Assembly: GCA_964463605.1 (NCBI GenBank)
Contig: CAYXBZ010000001.1
Location: 26,357 to 71,841, forward strand
DNA from: an uncultured Pseudomonadales bacterium
GTDB lineage: Bacteria > Patescibacteriota > Microgenomatia > UBA1400 > PJMF01
DNA length: 45,485 nt
Direction of reading: 5' to 3'
Program-made: the position numbers and the translations under genes
Shown here: one piece after another, positions 26,115 to 35,628 of the stretch
How positions within the stretch are numbered: position 1 is the first letter of the stretch
Layout of the letters: the number at the start of each line of letters is the position of its first letter
Notes under the pieces: generated by a model
Told to the model about the DNA's origin: nothing
The model's database searches: none
The model's input: the letters and a program-made list of their open reading frames with translations, nothing else

Positions 26115-26792
26115 ATGTCAAAACACATTGCAACAGTAGTCACTAGAGATCTTGATAAAAAATTGTCAGACATTAGAAAGGTCTCCGTCCCGGGAAATAT
26201 TTTTCAAAAAAATACTGACTCGACTCCTGTAGAGTTATCAAAAAAAGAGTTTATCCGTCTTTATGGCGAAGTGGGGGAGTCTGGTGTGGCTTATTTAAAG
26301 TTGGAGAAAAAAGAAATACCTGTGATGATCGAAGAAGTTCAGTGGCATCCGGTCATAGATGAGCCCATTCACGCATCATTTCGAGCCATTGATCTAACAG
26401 AAAAAACTGAGGCATCAATTCCCGTTGAGTTGGTTGGAGAGTTTGATTTGCCAGAGGCAGTGTTGGTCACGGTACGAGACGAAATTGAGGTTGAGGCCCT
26501 TCCCACCGACTTACCAGAGAAGTTTGAGATTAATGTTGAGCAGCTAACCGAAATTGGACAGTCAGTTACTTTGGCAGACTTGGAGTATGACCGAGAAAAA
26601 GTGAGCCTAATTCTTGGAGAAGAAGGAGAAGAAGCTCCAGTTATTTTGGTTCAGGAAGTTGAGGAAGAGCCAGAGGAACCTGAGGAAATTGAAACTGAAA
26701 TAATTGGTGAAGAGGATGATGGGGAGACAGAGTCTGAGGAAGAGGGGGATGAAAAGGAAGAGGCTCCTCAATCAGACGAGAAAGAGGAGTAA
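26115..26792 (+). CDS. rplY: 50S ribosomal protein L25 / general stress protein Ctc form, with acidic C-terminal tail
   Basis: Contains IPVMIEEVQWHPVIDEPIHASFRAIDLTEK...IPVELVGE...VEALPTDLPEKFEINV, the L25/Ctc pattern. The tail is Glu/Asp-rich. ATG 26115 is preferred over the upstream alternative start at 26073. Confidence 0.8.
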   Translation: MSKHIATVVTRDLDKKLSDIRKVSVPGNIFQKNTDSTPVELSKKEFIRLYGEVGESGVAYLKLEKKEIPVMIEEVQWHPVIDEPIHASFRAIDLTEKTEASIPVELVGEFDLPEAVLVTVRDEIEVEALPTDLPEKFEINVEQLTEIGQSVTLADLEYDREKVSLILGEEGEEAPVILVQEVEEEPEEPEEIETEIIGEEDDGETESEEEGDEKEEAPQSDEKEE

Positions 26793-26817
26793 ATCTTTGG
26801 TTTTTAAACAACGCTTT

Positions 26818-26838
26818 CTCTCACTTTTTTTGTGAGGG
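26818..26838. terminator. Hairpin between convergent genes (possible bidirectional terminator)
   Basis: CTCTCAC, T7 loop, GTGAGGG (7 bp including one G-U pair), flanked by T-rich sequence. Confidence 0.35.
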
Positions 26839-26854
26839 TGATCTCTTTTATATC

Positions 26855-27325
26855 CTAAAGCCAACCCTCCCAATTGGGATCTAACTGCTTTGCCCGATGA
26901 ATGTACTCTAAAAACATTTCTTGATTGTCTTGATAAAGATAGATAAGCCCTTGATTAATAAGAGAATCTCTTGTTGAGGGTTTTGACGACAAGGGTGTTG
27001 ATGCGCTGTCTTTTGCATCAAGTTCTCCCCAAATCAAGTTGTTCTTGGTTGGTGTTTCTTCTAAATAAGTCTTCGAGATTGCTTGATAAGCCAACTCACG
27101 TTTTTCATCTATTGTGTTCTGAGCATTTAATTGAGGTTGAGCGGGAGAGGAGAGAACCAATATGGTCTGAATGAGAAGTAGTAAATAAATGGAAATCAAA
27201 ACACGACTAGTTCTTGATGTTTCCCAAAAAAGAGCTACCATCAACTCAACGCAAAACGAGCCTAAAGAAAGCACAAGTTTGCCTAGAAAAAAACTGGACA
27301 GAAGGGTTTTTTTACTATTGCTCAT
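26855..27325 (-). CDS. Hypothetical membrane protein with TPR-like C-terminal segment
   Basis: 156-aa ORF starting 7 nt after the valS stop. It has two hydrophobic segments. The C-terminus LIYLYQDNQEMFLEYIHRAKQLDPN resembles a single TPR repeat. Confidence 0.5.
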   Translation of the reverse strand: MSNSKKTLLSSFFLGKLVLSLGSFCVELMVALFWETSRTSRVLISIYLLLLIQTILVLSSPAQPQLNAQNTIDEKRELAYQAISKTYLEETPTKNNLIWGELDAKDSASTPLSSKPSTRDSLINQGLIYLYQDNQEMFLEYIHRAKQLDPNWEGWL

Positions 27326-27332
27326 TAACTTA

Positions 27333-29609
27333 TTAGATTGATGTTTGTGTGGAGTTAATTGGAAAATTGGGCCATTGACCAGAAATTAGCAGCTTCTCTT
27401 CAACCAAATTATCTTCAACTAGCTTTTGCCACAACTGTTCGGTGATAAATGGCATAAAAGGGTGGAATAGTTTAAGGAATGTGGTCAATCCCACCGTTAA
27501 GTTTTCTAGGGAGATCTGATCATTCTTGCATTGCTCAATACACTCATCGCAAAACCAATGCCAAAAACGATTATAAAGAGTTTCTGCTGCCAAACCAACT
27601 TGATATCGTTGCAATTGGTCTGACACCTCCTTAACAACAGATGACAGATCTTGGGTAAACTTGGTGTCTAAGGGGAGAAGTTGTTGTGACTTAAATGGTT
27701 TATCTTCTATCATCAGCAAGATGAACCTGGCGGCATTCCAAAGTTTGTTGGTCAAGTTTCTCGCTGCTTTAAAATCTGGCTCTCCAATTGATTTGTCCAA
27801 TCCCGCAGACGAACGAATGACGAGAGCCATTCTGAGCGCATCAGCGCCATGTTTTTCGGCAACTTCCATTGGATTGACGGCATTGCCTTTGCTTTTACTC
27901 ATTTTCTGACCTTTGGCGTCTCTAATCAGCCCATGGAGATAGATTGTGTTGAATGGTAGTTTGTTGGTTAGAAATTTACCCATCATCAACATTCTCATCA
28001 CCCAGAACATTAGGATGTCATATCCAGTTTCCATAACTTGGGTGGGGTAGAAGCGTTCAAAGTCTCCAGGTTTGCTGTTTTTGAGCGTGGCTACCGGCCA
28101 TTGGCTAGAGGAGAACCAGGTGTCAAAAGTATCGGTTTCTTGAAGGTGGTATTCTGAAGGTTCTTCAAGACTAATTTCGTACTCCGCCTCTTCTGGAGCT
28201 AGAAGCGATTGGAGACCTGCTTTTATCTCAGATAAATCGTGATTTTTTAGTAATTCACTTAAGCTTCCGGTCTGCTTTTGTTTACTTTGGTCAATAAAGG
28301 TGATGTTGATTTGAGGATTTTTTCGACTGTCGTACCAAACTGGCATACGAATTCCCCATACAATTTGTCGGCTGATGTTCCAATCTTCCAAAATTTCTAG
28401 CCAGTGGCGCAAGATTTTGTCGTGTCCAGCTCCATACACCTTGAGCTTACCTCTGTCCAAGTCTTCAATAATTGGTTTAATTAACGGCTTAATTTTGATG
28501 TAAAACTGGGGGAGGGGGAGAGGCTCAATGGCTCTCTTGCATCTGTAGCAAATAGCAACTGAGCTGTTATATTTTTGATCAATCTTGACTAGCAATTTGT
28601 TCTTTTCTAAATCTTCAACGACTTTCTTTCTGCCGGTGAAGATGGTTAAGCCTTGATACGGCCCAGCTAACTCGGTCAATCGGCCGCTAAAATCAATTGC
28701 TTTTTGGGGAGCTGTGTTTTTTAAGAGCTCTTCATTCTTGTGTTTTTCAAAGAACTCAAAGTCATTGTGATCGTGGTATGGGGTGATCTTAACCACACCG
28801 GTGCCAAATTTTGGATCTACAAACTCATCGGCGATAACAGGAAGTTGGTAGGTGGTGAATAGCCCTGGAACTTCTAAAACTTTACTTACATACTCTTGAT
28901 ATCGTTTATCTTCGGGATGAACGGCTAGAGCAACATCGGCAAACTTGGTTTCTGGTCTGGTGGTAGCGACCACTAGAGGTCCATATTTTATGTAATACAA
29001 GGGGTTAGTTTGTTCCAGATGGTTTATTTCTAGTTCACTGAAGCCTGTGCCGCACTTAGTGCAGTAGTTGACCAAGCGGTTGGCTCTATATATCAATCCT
29101 TTTTCTGAAAGTTTAACAAAAGTGTTGAGAACGGTGTCAACGATGTCTTGATCGAGGGTAAATTTGTAGCGAGACCAGTCGGCGCTGGCGCCTAGCTTCT
29201 TCATTTGATTGATGGATGTATCGGAGTTTTCCTGTACATAATCCCAAATCATTTTATAAAGAGTTTCTCTATCAAAGTTAAACCGAGACTGATCTTTTTT
29301 TTGTAGCTTTTTTTCAAAAACAAACTGAGTTTCAATGCCAGCGTGATCTGTGCCGGGCAGCCAGAGGGTGTCGTCTCCCAGCATCCGGTGATAGCGAATT
29401 AAGATATCCTCGATAGTGACAAACATGGCGTGTCCAACGTGCAGCGGATCATTGGCATTGGGAGGAGGCATAATGATAGTAAAAGGCTCATTTTGAGTCT
29501 CTTTTTTGTTGGCCGAGTTGAGTTTACTGTCAGGATTAAATGACTCTAAACTTTCCCAAAGTTGGTAGATTTTGTGCTCGCACTGAGTGTGATCGTAGTG
29601 TTTGTCCAT
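27333..29609 (-). CDS. valS: Valyl-tRNA synthetase (short form, ~758 aa)
   Basis: HIGH region is PPPNANDPLHVGHAM and KMSKS is present (QKMSKSKGN). Also has the class Ia editing and anticodon-binding context. ATG 29609 (MDKHYDHTQCE) is preferred over the upstream alternative start at 29648. Confidence 0.9.
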   Translation of the reverse strand: MDKHYDHTQCEHKIYQLWESLESFNPDSKLNSANKKETQNEPFTIIMPPPNANDPLHVGHAMFVTIEDILIRYHRMLGDDTLWLPGTDHAGIETQFVFEKKLQKKDQSRFNFDRETLYKMIWDYVQENSDTSINQMKKLGASADWSRYKFTLDQDIVDTVLNTFVKLSEKGLIYRANRLVNYCTKCGTGFSELEINHLEQTNPLYYIKYGPLVVATTRPETKFADVALAVHPEDKRYQEYVSKVLEVPGLFTTYQLPVIADEFVDPKFGTGVVKITPYHDHNDFEFFEKHKNEELLKNTAPQKAIDFSGRLTELAGPYQGLTIFTGRKKVVEDLEKNKLLVKIDQKYNSSVAICYRCKRAIEPLPLPQFYIKIKPLIKPIIEDLDRGKLKVYGAGHDKILRHWLEILEDWNISRQIVWGIRMPVWYDSRKNPQINITFIDQSKQKQTGSLSELLKNHDLSEIKAGLQSLLAPEEAEYEISLEEPSEYHLQETDTFDTWFSSSQWPVATLKNSKPGDFERFYPTQVMETGYDILMFWVMRMLMMGKFLTNKLPFNTIYLHGLIRDAKGQKMSKSKGNAVNPMEVAEKHGADALRMALVIRSSAGLDKSIGEPDFKAARNLTNKLWNAARFILLMIEDKPFKSQQLLPLDTKFTQDLSSVVKEVSDQLQRYQVGLAAETLYNRFWHWFCDECIEQCKNDQISLENLTVGLTTFLKLFHPFMPFITEQLWQKLVEDNLVEEKLLISGQWPNFPINSTQTSI

Positions 29610-29901
29610 TTTTAAGTTTTTTTTGGTTTTGCCAGACAATTGTAACACAGCGAGGCAGCGATATTTAGCGGCTGCGCTACCGATAGTTGATGAGTTTGCA
29701 TGATTTTTGATATTTTTTGCGACTATATATATGAATCAATCAAGACAGACTGTTTTTGTGGGTGGAATTGAGATTAGCACTAAACAATAACAGAGGATAC
29801 CAAAAGTAAATTTGGGTATATTCTTTTTTTGTTTTTTTTTAAAGCTATCACGTCTGTCAACTGATGGAAAAACTAACAAAAAGTATTCAAGAAGTATAAA
29901 A

Positions 29902-31134
29902 ATGCTGAGTCTTAAGCTTAAAGATACCGCGACTCCAGCTTCAAAGAGGATGAGGCAGTTGCAGCAGAAAATTTTGGGCTCTATTGGGGTCCAGGAAAGC
30001 GAGTTGAGAGAGCTATTTGCTGTTAACTCTTTTGATGCTGACCTGGTCGGAAGCAAAAACTGTGAAAACTTAATTGGCAGCGTTGAGGTGCCAGTGGGGT
30101 TGGCTGGCCCACTGAAGGCTGAGGTTGGGTTTATTGGTTTTAATTCTGAGAAAAAGGAAAAGCTAATCTTATTTTTGCCTCTGGCGACTACAGAGGGAGC
30201 CCTGGTGGCTAGTGTTAATCGGGGTTGCAAGGTCTTATCCGAGGCTGGCAGTCTTAAAATACAGGTCAAAAAGGTGGGCATGAGTCGGGCACCAGTTTTT
30301 GGGTTTGACGATATGAGTGAGGCGGTGGGGTTTGTTGAGTGGTTGGAGGAGGATGGGAGGTTTGATCAAATTAAAAAAGTTTGCGAAAAGACCAGCTCTC
30401 ATCTAAAGCTACAAAACTTTCAAACTTGGCAAGTTGGCAGATCGGTTTTTGTTCGTTTTGTTTTTGATACTGATCAAGCGATGGGTATGAACATGGTGAC
30501 GATTGCTCTGGATAACTTATGGAAAAAAATGTTGAAAAGTTACCCAGATATAAAATTAATTTCTTTGTCTGGCAATATGTGTGTTGATAAAAAGAGCTCA
30601 GCTCTTAATAGATTGTTGGGCCGGGGATATGAAGTGCAGGCAGAGGCCGTGCTGTCAGCTGAGGTTTTGGAAACCATTTTAAAAACAAACTCAGATATCT
30701 TCTTTCAAACTTATTACTGGAAAAATGTGGTGGGCTCCAATACCGCTGGATCACTAAACCTAAATATGCACGCTGCCAATATGGTAGCCGCTGTCTTTTT
30801 GGCTACCGGTCAAGACATGGCTCATGTGGTTGAGTCCTCACAAGGATCACTTTATGTTGAAAAGCAAGGAGGCGGTGATTTGTATTTGACATTAAGAATG
30901 CCTAATTTAAATCTGGGGACGGTGGGAGGAGGCACCTCTTTACCGGCTTTTTCGCAAGCTAGAAATCTAATTTTACAAGCGGCGGGTCAGTTTCAAAAGG
31001 TTGAATCAAGACATTTGGCAGCAGCTGTGGCAGGCACCGTTCTAGCTGGGGAGATCTCGGGGCTAGCTGCCCTGTCCAGCAACTCGCTGGCTGGCGCCCA
31101 TCAAACATTAGCCAGAGGAGAGGTGAAAAAATAA
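29902..31134 (+). CDS. hmgA: HMG-CoA reductase, class I (soluble archaeal-type length)
   Basis: Contains CENLIGSVEVPVGLAGPL, LPLATTEGALVASVNRGCK and DQAMGMNMVT. ATG 29902 is preferred; the 30 upstream codons of the track ORF are poly-Phe junk from T-tracts. Confidence 0.85.
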   Translation: MLSLKLKDTATPASKRMRQLQQKILGSIGVQESELRELFAVNSFDADLVGSKNCENLIGSVEVPVGLAGPLKAEVGFIGFNSEKKEKLILFLPLATTEGALVASVNRGCKVLSEAGSLKIQVKKVGMSRAPVFGFDDMSEAVGFVEWLEEDGRFDQIKKVCEKTSSHLKLQNFQTWQVGRSVFVRFVFDTDQAMGMNMVTIALDNLWKKMLKSYPDIKLISLSGNMCVDKKSSALNRLLGRGYEVQAEAVLSAEVLETILKTNSDIFFQTYYWKNVVGSNTAGSLNLNMHAANMVAAVFLATGQDMAHVVESSQGSLYVEKQGGGDLYLTLRMPNLNLGTVGGGTSLPAFSQARNLILQAAGQFQKVESRHLAAAVAGTVLAGEISGLAALSSNSLAGAHQTLARGEVKK

Positions 31135-31144
31135 ACTTCAGCTT

Positions 31145-32200
31145 ATGAAAATTACAAAACCAGTGGGAATTGTTAGTTATGGAGTCAGCCTGCCTTCTTG
31201 GGCTGTGTCGACCGAAGTAATCGAACTAGCTCAGGGGAGAGGGGAGGGGTCGGTTGCCAACTCACTGAAAATTTTTCAAAAAAGTATGCCCGATCTTGAT
31301 GAGGACACGACTACCCTAGCAACTGCGGCCGGCTTGCAGGCTTTGGAGAGGTTGGATTTATCCGTGCAAGACATTGGCGCACTTTTTATTGGCAGCGAAA
31401 GCCATCCGTATGCAGTTAAGCCCACTGGCACAATGGTGGCTGGAGCTTTAGGACTACCCTCAGACTTGGCAATGGCCGACCTGCAGTTTGCCTGTAAGGC
31501 TGGCACTCAAGGAATGCAGATCTGTGCCAGTTATGTTTTATCAAAATTTGTGAAGCTGGGAATGGCAATTGGCGCTGATACGGCTCAGGCTGCTCCAGGC
31601 GACGCTCTTGAATTTAGCGCTGCGGCTGGGGGTGCCGCTTATGTTTTTGGCTCAATCAACCTTTTGGCGAAATTGCTCGCCACCGCCTCTATCGCCACCG
31701 ACACCCCCGACTTTTGGCGCCGACCAGGGGAAAGTTATCCTAAGCACGGAGGTAGATTTACTGGTGAGCCAGCTTATTTCAAGCATATTGTTCAGGCCAG
31801 CGAAAAACTGTTGGGCGAGGTAGAGCTTCAACCCAAAGATTTTGATTACTGTGTATTTCACACCCCAAACGGCAAGTTTCCGCGACAGGTAGCCAAGAAA
31901 CTAGGCTTTACTCAAGAGCAGCTTCAACCAAGTCTGATTGTGGAGAAGATTGGTAATACCTATGCTGGAGCAATTCCATTAGCCTTGGCGGCAGTTTTGG
32001 ATCAAGCCAAGGCAAACCAAAAAATCTTTGTGACCGCTTTTGGTTCTGGTGCCGGAGCCGACAGCTTTATTTTTGAAACAACAAATCGCCTAGTTAAGCA
32101 AAAAAAACATTGGTCAAATTTTGTTTTAGACCAGATTCAATCAATGAAATTAATGAGTAGCGAACAGTTTTTAAACGCGAGAGCAGTTGCCTCTCACTAA
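31145..32200 (+). CDS. HMG-CoA synthase, archaeal type
   Basis: 351 aa. Contains VGIVSYGVSLP, DEDTTTLA, GSESHPYAVKPT and ADLQFACKAGTQG (catalytic Cys context). Confidence 0.8.
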   Translation: MKITKPVGIVSYGVSLPSWAVSTEVIELAQGRGEGSVANSLKIFQKSMPDLDEDTTTLATAAGLQALERLDLSVQDIGALFIGSESHPYAVKPTGTMVAGALGLPSDLAMADLQFACKAGTQGMQICASYVLSKFVKLGMAIGADTAQAAPGDALEFSAAAGGAAYVFGSINLLAKLLATASIATDTPDFWRRPGESYPKHGGRFTGEPAYFKHIVQASEKLLGEVELQPKDFDYCVFHTPNGKFPRQVAKKLGFTQEQLQPSLIVEKIGNTYAGAIPLALAAVLDQAKANQKIFVTAFGSGAGADSFIFETTNRLVKQKKHWSNFVLDQIQSMKLMSSEQFLNARAVASH

Positions 32201-32215
32201 AAATTAAGCTTAAAA

Positions 32216-33325
32216 ATGAAAATTACTATTGCCGGACATTACACCACCAAAATAGGGGAGCTGTGGCACTTGGGCCTGGAAGATTTAGCCAGGGAAGCTG
32301 TTGAGGGAGCTGTAGCCAATGCCAAGGTTGATCTTAAAAAGATTGACGCGGTTTTTGTGGCTAGCAAAGCCTCTGGCTCTTTCAACAATCAAAGGCACAT
32401 TAATGCTTTGGTGAGTAGTTTTTTCTCACACAACCCACCTGCAACCAGGATTGAGGGCGCTTGTGCCTCTGGCGGTTTAGCCTTAATTGCCGCTGAGCAA
32501 TCATTATTATCCAAAGAAAATCAAACGGTTTTGGTGTTGGGGGTGGAAAAGATGACCGATGTTGATGGGGTAGGGGCTACCTCTATTTTGTCTACCGCTG
32601 CCAGCACGCAGCTAGAAGGAGGCTCAACTTTTCCTGGATTGTATGCTCTGTTAGCACAAGCACATCAACTAGAGTTTAAGACTAGTAGGGAAATACTTTC
32701 GGCTGTATCGGTCAAAAATCACCGCCATGCTTTAACTAATCCATTAGCTCAGTATCACAAGGAGTTTACTCTAAAGCAGGTGAGCAACAGCGCTTTGGTG
32801 GCTGACCCACTGAGATTACTTGACTGTTCTCCAGTCTCCGATGGAGCTTCGGCAGTGATCTTAACTACGAAAAACATTAAAAACAAAGCCCAAATTATTG
32901 GAGCAGGCCACGGTCAAGACTCACTTGATTTAGCTCACAGAAAAAGCCTAACTGAGCTGGCGGCCACTAAACGGGCAGCAAAAAAAGCTTTTGCCAGCAG
33001 TGACTTAACTCCTAACAAAATCGAGGCGGCGGAAGTTCATGACTGCTTTACCATTGCTGAGATTTTGGCAATAGAGGACTTGGGCTTCTTCCCCAAAGGG
33101 GGTGGCGGCAAAGCTACTCTTGAGGGTAAAACTGAGCGAAGGAGCAAGTTGGTGGTAAATGGATCGGGGGGACTGAAGGCCTTTGGTCATCCAGTGGGAG
33201 CTACTGGAGTTAAGCAAGTCTCTTACCTGGCTGAGCAAATTGAAAAAGGCGAGTGCGGCCTAGCTTTGGCTCACAACGTGGGTGGTTCTGGAGCAACGGC
33301 GGTGGTTCATATTCTTAGCAAATAA
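32216..33325 (+). CDS. Acetyl-CoA acetyltransferase (thiolase), archaeal type
   Basis: 369 aa. Contains RIEGACASGGLAL (active-site Cys), EVHDCFTIAE and the GHPVGATG / NVGGSGAT C-terminal motifs. Confidence 0.8.
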   Translation: MKITIAGHYTTKIGELWHLGLEDLAREAVEGAVANAKVDLKKIDAVFVASKASGSFNNQRHINALVSSFFSHNPPATRIEGACASGGLALIAAEQSLLSKENQTVLVLGVEKMTDVDGVGATSILSTAASTQLEGGSTFPGLYALLAQAHQLEFKTSREILSAVSVKNHRHALTNPLAQYHKEFTLKQVSNSALVADPLRLLDCSPVSDGASAVILTTKNIKNKAQIIGAGHGQDSLDLAHRKSLTELAATKRAAKKAFASSDLTPNKIEAAEVHDCFTIAEILAIEDLGFFPKGGGGKATLEGKTERRSKLVVNGSGGLKAFGHPVGATGVKQVSYLAEQIEKGECGLALAHNVGGSGATAVVHILSK

Positions 33326-33337
33326 TTATAAATAAAC

Positions 33338-33631
33338 ATGATAAATCCAGCTAAATATTGGAGGAACGCAAAACAAACCAAGCTCTATCTGGGTCGCAAG
33401 GGGACTGTGGTGGTAGTCACATACATCAGGTCGGCTGGGATGGATCATCAGTCATCAACACCTTATTCATTTGCAGTTGTTGAGTTGGCTGATGGTGAAA
33501 AAGTAGAGTTGACGGGAGTGGGGCATGAAAAGCTGGAGGTTGGTGATAAAATTGAGTGCGTTTTGAGAAAAATTCCTCCCAATGACGGCGCAGGATTGAT
33601 CGAGTACATCATTAAAGCTAAGAAAATATGA
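33338..33631 (+). CDS. DUF35-type OB-fold protein (thiolase/HMGS partner), short form without zinc ribbon
   Basis: 97-aa ORF immediately after the thiolase. OB-fold-like pattern GTVVVVTYI...PYSFAVVELADGEKVELTGV...VGDKIECVLRK. It has only one Cys, so no CxxC...CxxC ribbon. Its stop overlaps the idi start (ATGA). Confidence 0.55.
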   Translation: MINPAKYWRNAKQTKLYLGRKGTVVVVTYIRSAGMDHQSSTPYSFAVVELADGEKVELTGVGHEKLEVGDKIECVLRKIPPNDGAGLIEYIIKAKKI

Positions 33632-34173
33632 CAGACAAAAACCTAGACCAAGTGACGCTGGTTGATGCCAATGACAACCAGATTGGCTCTCAAGATAAGA
33701 TTGAGGCTCATCGAGGCGATGGTCAGCTTCATCGGGCTATTAGCGTTTTTTTGTTTGATAATAAGGGAAAATTATTAATTCAGCAGCGCAGCAACAAAAA
33801 GATTGTGGGAGCGCTCATGTGGGCTAACACCGCTTGCGGCAATGTTAGGCCTGGAGAAAGCTATCTTGATTGTGCCAAGCGGCGCTTGAAAGAGGAGCTG
33901 GGTATCGAGGAAGTAGGGCTGAGTGAGGTGGGCAAGTTTCAGTATCAAGTGAGTTTTGACAATGGCTTTAGCGAGAATGAAATCGACACAATTTTTGTGG
34001 GGAGATTTTTGGGAGAGGCGAGGCCTAACCCAGAGGAAGTTTCAGCCATCGACTGGATTAATTTTGAAGATTTGCTGCGAGATAAAAAAAACTATGCACC
34101 GTGGGTGGAGAAAATTATGGAAAATTCTCAGATAAAAAACACTATTTATAAGCTTGCTAAGGAGAAGCGATGA
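33628..34173 (+). CDS. idi: Isopentenyl-diphosphate delta-isomerase, type 1 (Nudix fold)
   Basis: Contains HRAISVFLFDNKGKLLIQQRS, WANTACGNVRPGESYLDCAKRRLKEELGI (compare E. coli Idi WTNSVCGHPQLGES...RRCRYELGV) and ENEIDTIFVG. Confidence 0.85.
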   Translation: MTDKNLDQVTLVDANDNQIGSQDKIEAHRGDGQLHRAISVFLFDNKGKLLIQQRSNKKIVGALMWANTACGNVRPGESYLDCAKRRLKEELGIEEVGLSEVGKFQYQVSFDNGFSENEIDTIFVGRFLGEARPNPEEVSAIDWINFEDLLRDKKNYAPWVEKIMENSQIKNTIYKLAKEKR

Positions 34174-34790
34174 TTGCCAAGGAGGGGTTAGCACTAAATT
34201 CATCAAGCGCATCGGAGTTTGGAGAGAAACCAACGGCAGTAGCAGCGGTTATGCTCTATCATGATTTAACCACAAACAAATATTGGGTCTTGTTTGCCGG
34301 TCTTCTCAAGGAAGACATTGGCAAGTACGAACGTTCTCTTGATTCGAGAAACGGTGATGATGCTGATGAAATACCTCTTCATCCAGTTTTTCTAACAGAT
34401 AACCAAGCGGGATTTAACTGGGGAGGTGTGAGTGGTGGGGTGAGGGAGGGGGAGACACCAACTCAAGCTTTAAGAAGGGAAACTCAAGAAGAGACCAATC
34501 TGAGCTCATATGCAAAGTTTTTTGCTTCCAGCGCAAATCGACACATGCGACTGAAGCCGTATCTAGTGAACCAATATCGTCCGGCAAGCGGAAACAACAA
34601 GGGAGCAGAATTAGTTTATAAGGTTGATCCTCGAGCGATTATAATTGACCAGAGAATTTTTGAAGAATCTTTAAATAGGGGTTTTGAGGCTTACTGTTTG
34701 GATATGATTGACGATGATTTTTTAAAGTCGATTCGTCCAGCAGTTAGACCAATTGTTGAGCAGTTGCAACGGTTGCTACTAGTTGACTAA
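34170..34790 (+). CDS. Nudix hydrolase of unknown specificity embedded in the mevalonate operon
   Basis: 206 aa. Near-canonical Nudix box GGVREGETPTQALRRETQEETNL (GX5EX7REUXEEXGU with the last G replaced by N). Its start overlaps the idi stop (ATGA). Confidence 0.7.
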   Translation: MIAKEGLALNSSSASEFGEKPTAVAAVMLYHDLTTNKYWVLFAGLLKEDIGKYERSLDSRNGDDADEIPLHPVFLTDNQAGFNWGGVSGGVREGETPTQALRRETQEETNLSSYAKFFASSANRHMRLKPYLVNQYRPASGNNKGAELVYKVDPRAIIIDQRIFEESLNRGFEAYCLDMIDDDFLKSIRPAVRPIVEQLQRLLLVD

Positions 34791-34817
34791 GCTGTCACAA
34801 AATTAATAAGAATTTAT

Positions 34818-35615
34818 ATGAAAAAACCAATTACGCTAATAAAAATCGGCGGCTCACTCATCACCGATAAAAACAAACCATTTCAGGTTAACAATCAGGC
34901 TCTCAAGATTATTGCTCAGGAGGTCAAAAAAGCCTCCTTGACAGACAAACAGCTAATAGTTGGCCATGGTGCAGGATCTTTTGCTCACGTACCAGCAAAA
35001 AAATATCAAACACACCTTGGAATTAAAAATGAGTCTAGTTATCGAGGTATTGCTGAAGTCGCCGATGTTGCTGCTCAGCTAAATCGAATCGTAATGAGAG
35101 AATTGCTAAATCAAGGTGTAAATGCGGTGTCGGTTAGTCCTCTCAGTAGCATGGTGGCAAAAAATCATGGGTTATCCACAATTTTTACACAACCACTTGA
35201 GTTGCTTTTGGAGCACGGCCTCTTGCCGGTTGTTTATGGAGATCAGATTTTAGATGAAGAAGTAGGGTGCACCATTTTTTCTACAGAAAAAGTATTAGCT
35301 TATCTCGCTCTAGATCTCAAAGCAAAGGGCTATGTGGTTGAGCAGATTATTCAGTGCGGACAAACCAGCGGTGTCTACGATGCCGACGGCAAAACTATTT
35401 CTGAGATAAACTCTAGAAATTTTGATCAATACAAACAAACTCTTGGTGGATCAGGAGGAGTTGATGTAACTGGAGGAATGCTTCACAAGGTAGAGGAAAC
35501 TTTGGAATTGGCAAAAAAAGGAATTCCGGGATTAATCATTGATGGCATTGTTCACGGGACTCTTTCGGATGCTATTAGTGGCAAAAAAGTAGTTGGTACT
35601 AAAATAGTAGCTTAA
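34818..35615 (+). CDS. Isopentenyl phosphate kinase (amino-acid-kinase fold)
   Basis: 265 aa. Contains ITLIKIGGSLITDK, VGHGAGSFAH and DVTGGM, the typical IPK pattern, in a mevalonate operon context. Confidence 0.75.
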   Translation: MKKPITLIKIGGSLITDKNKPFQVNNQALKIIAQEVKKASLTDKQLIVGHGAGSFAHVPAKKYQTHLGIKNESSYRGIAEVADVAAQLNRIVMRELLNQGVNAVSVSPLSSMVAKNHGLSTIFTQPLELLLEHGLLPVVYGDQILDEEVGCTIFSTEKVLAYLALDLKAKGYVVEQIIQCGQTSGVYDADGKTISEINSRNFDQYKQTLGGSGGVDVTGGMLHKVEETLELAKKGIPGLIIDGIVHGTLSDAISGKKVVGTKIVA

Positions 35616-35628
35616 TTTCTATATATAT

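Noticed and set aside
29610-29760. Possible T-box leader or attenuator upstream of valS
   Set aside because: The leader is short. I could find no specifier-loop/AGAGA context or the conserved T-box sequence, only a weak 5-bp hairpin.
29736-30281. 181-aa minus-strand ORF overlapping the hmgA start region
   Set aside because: It overlaps a well-supported HMG-CoA reductase frame and T-tract intergenic DNA. Its composition looks non-coding and no family resemblance is visible.
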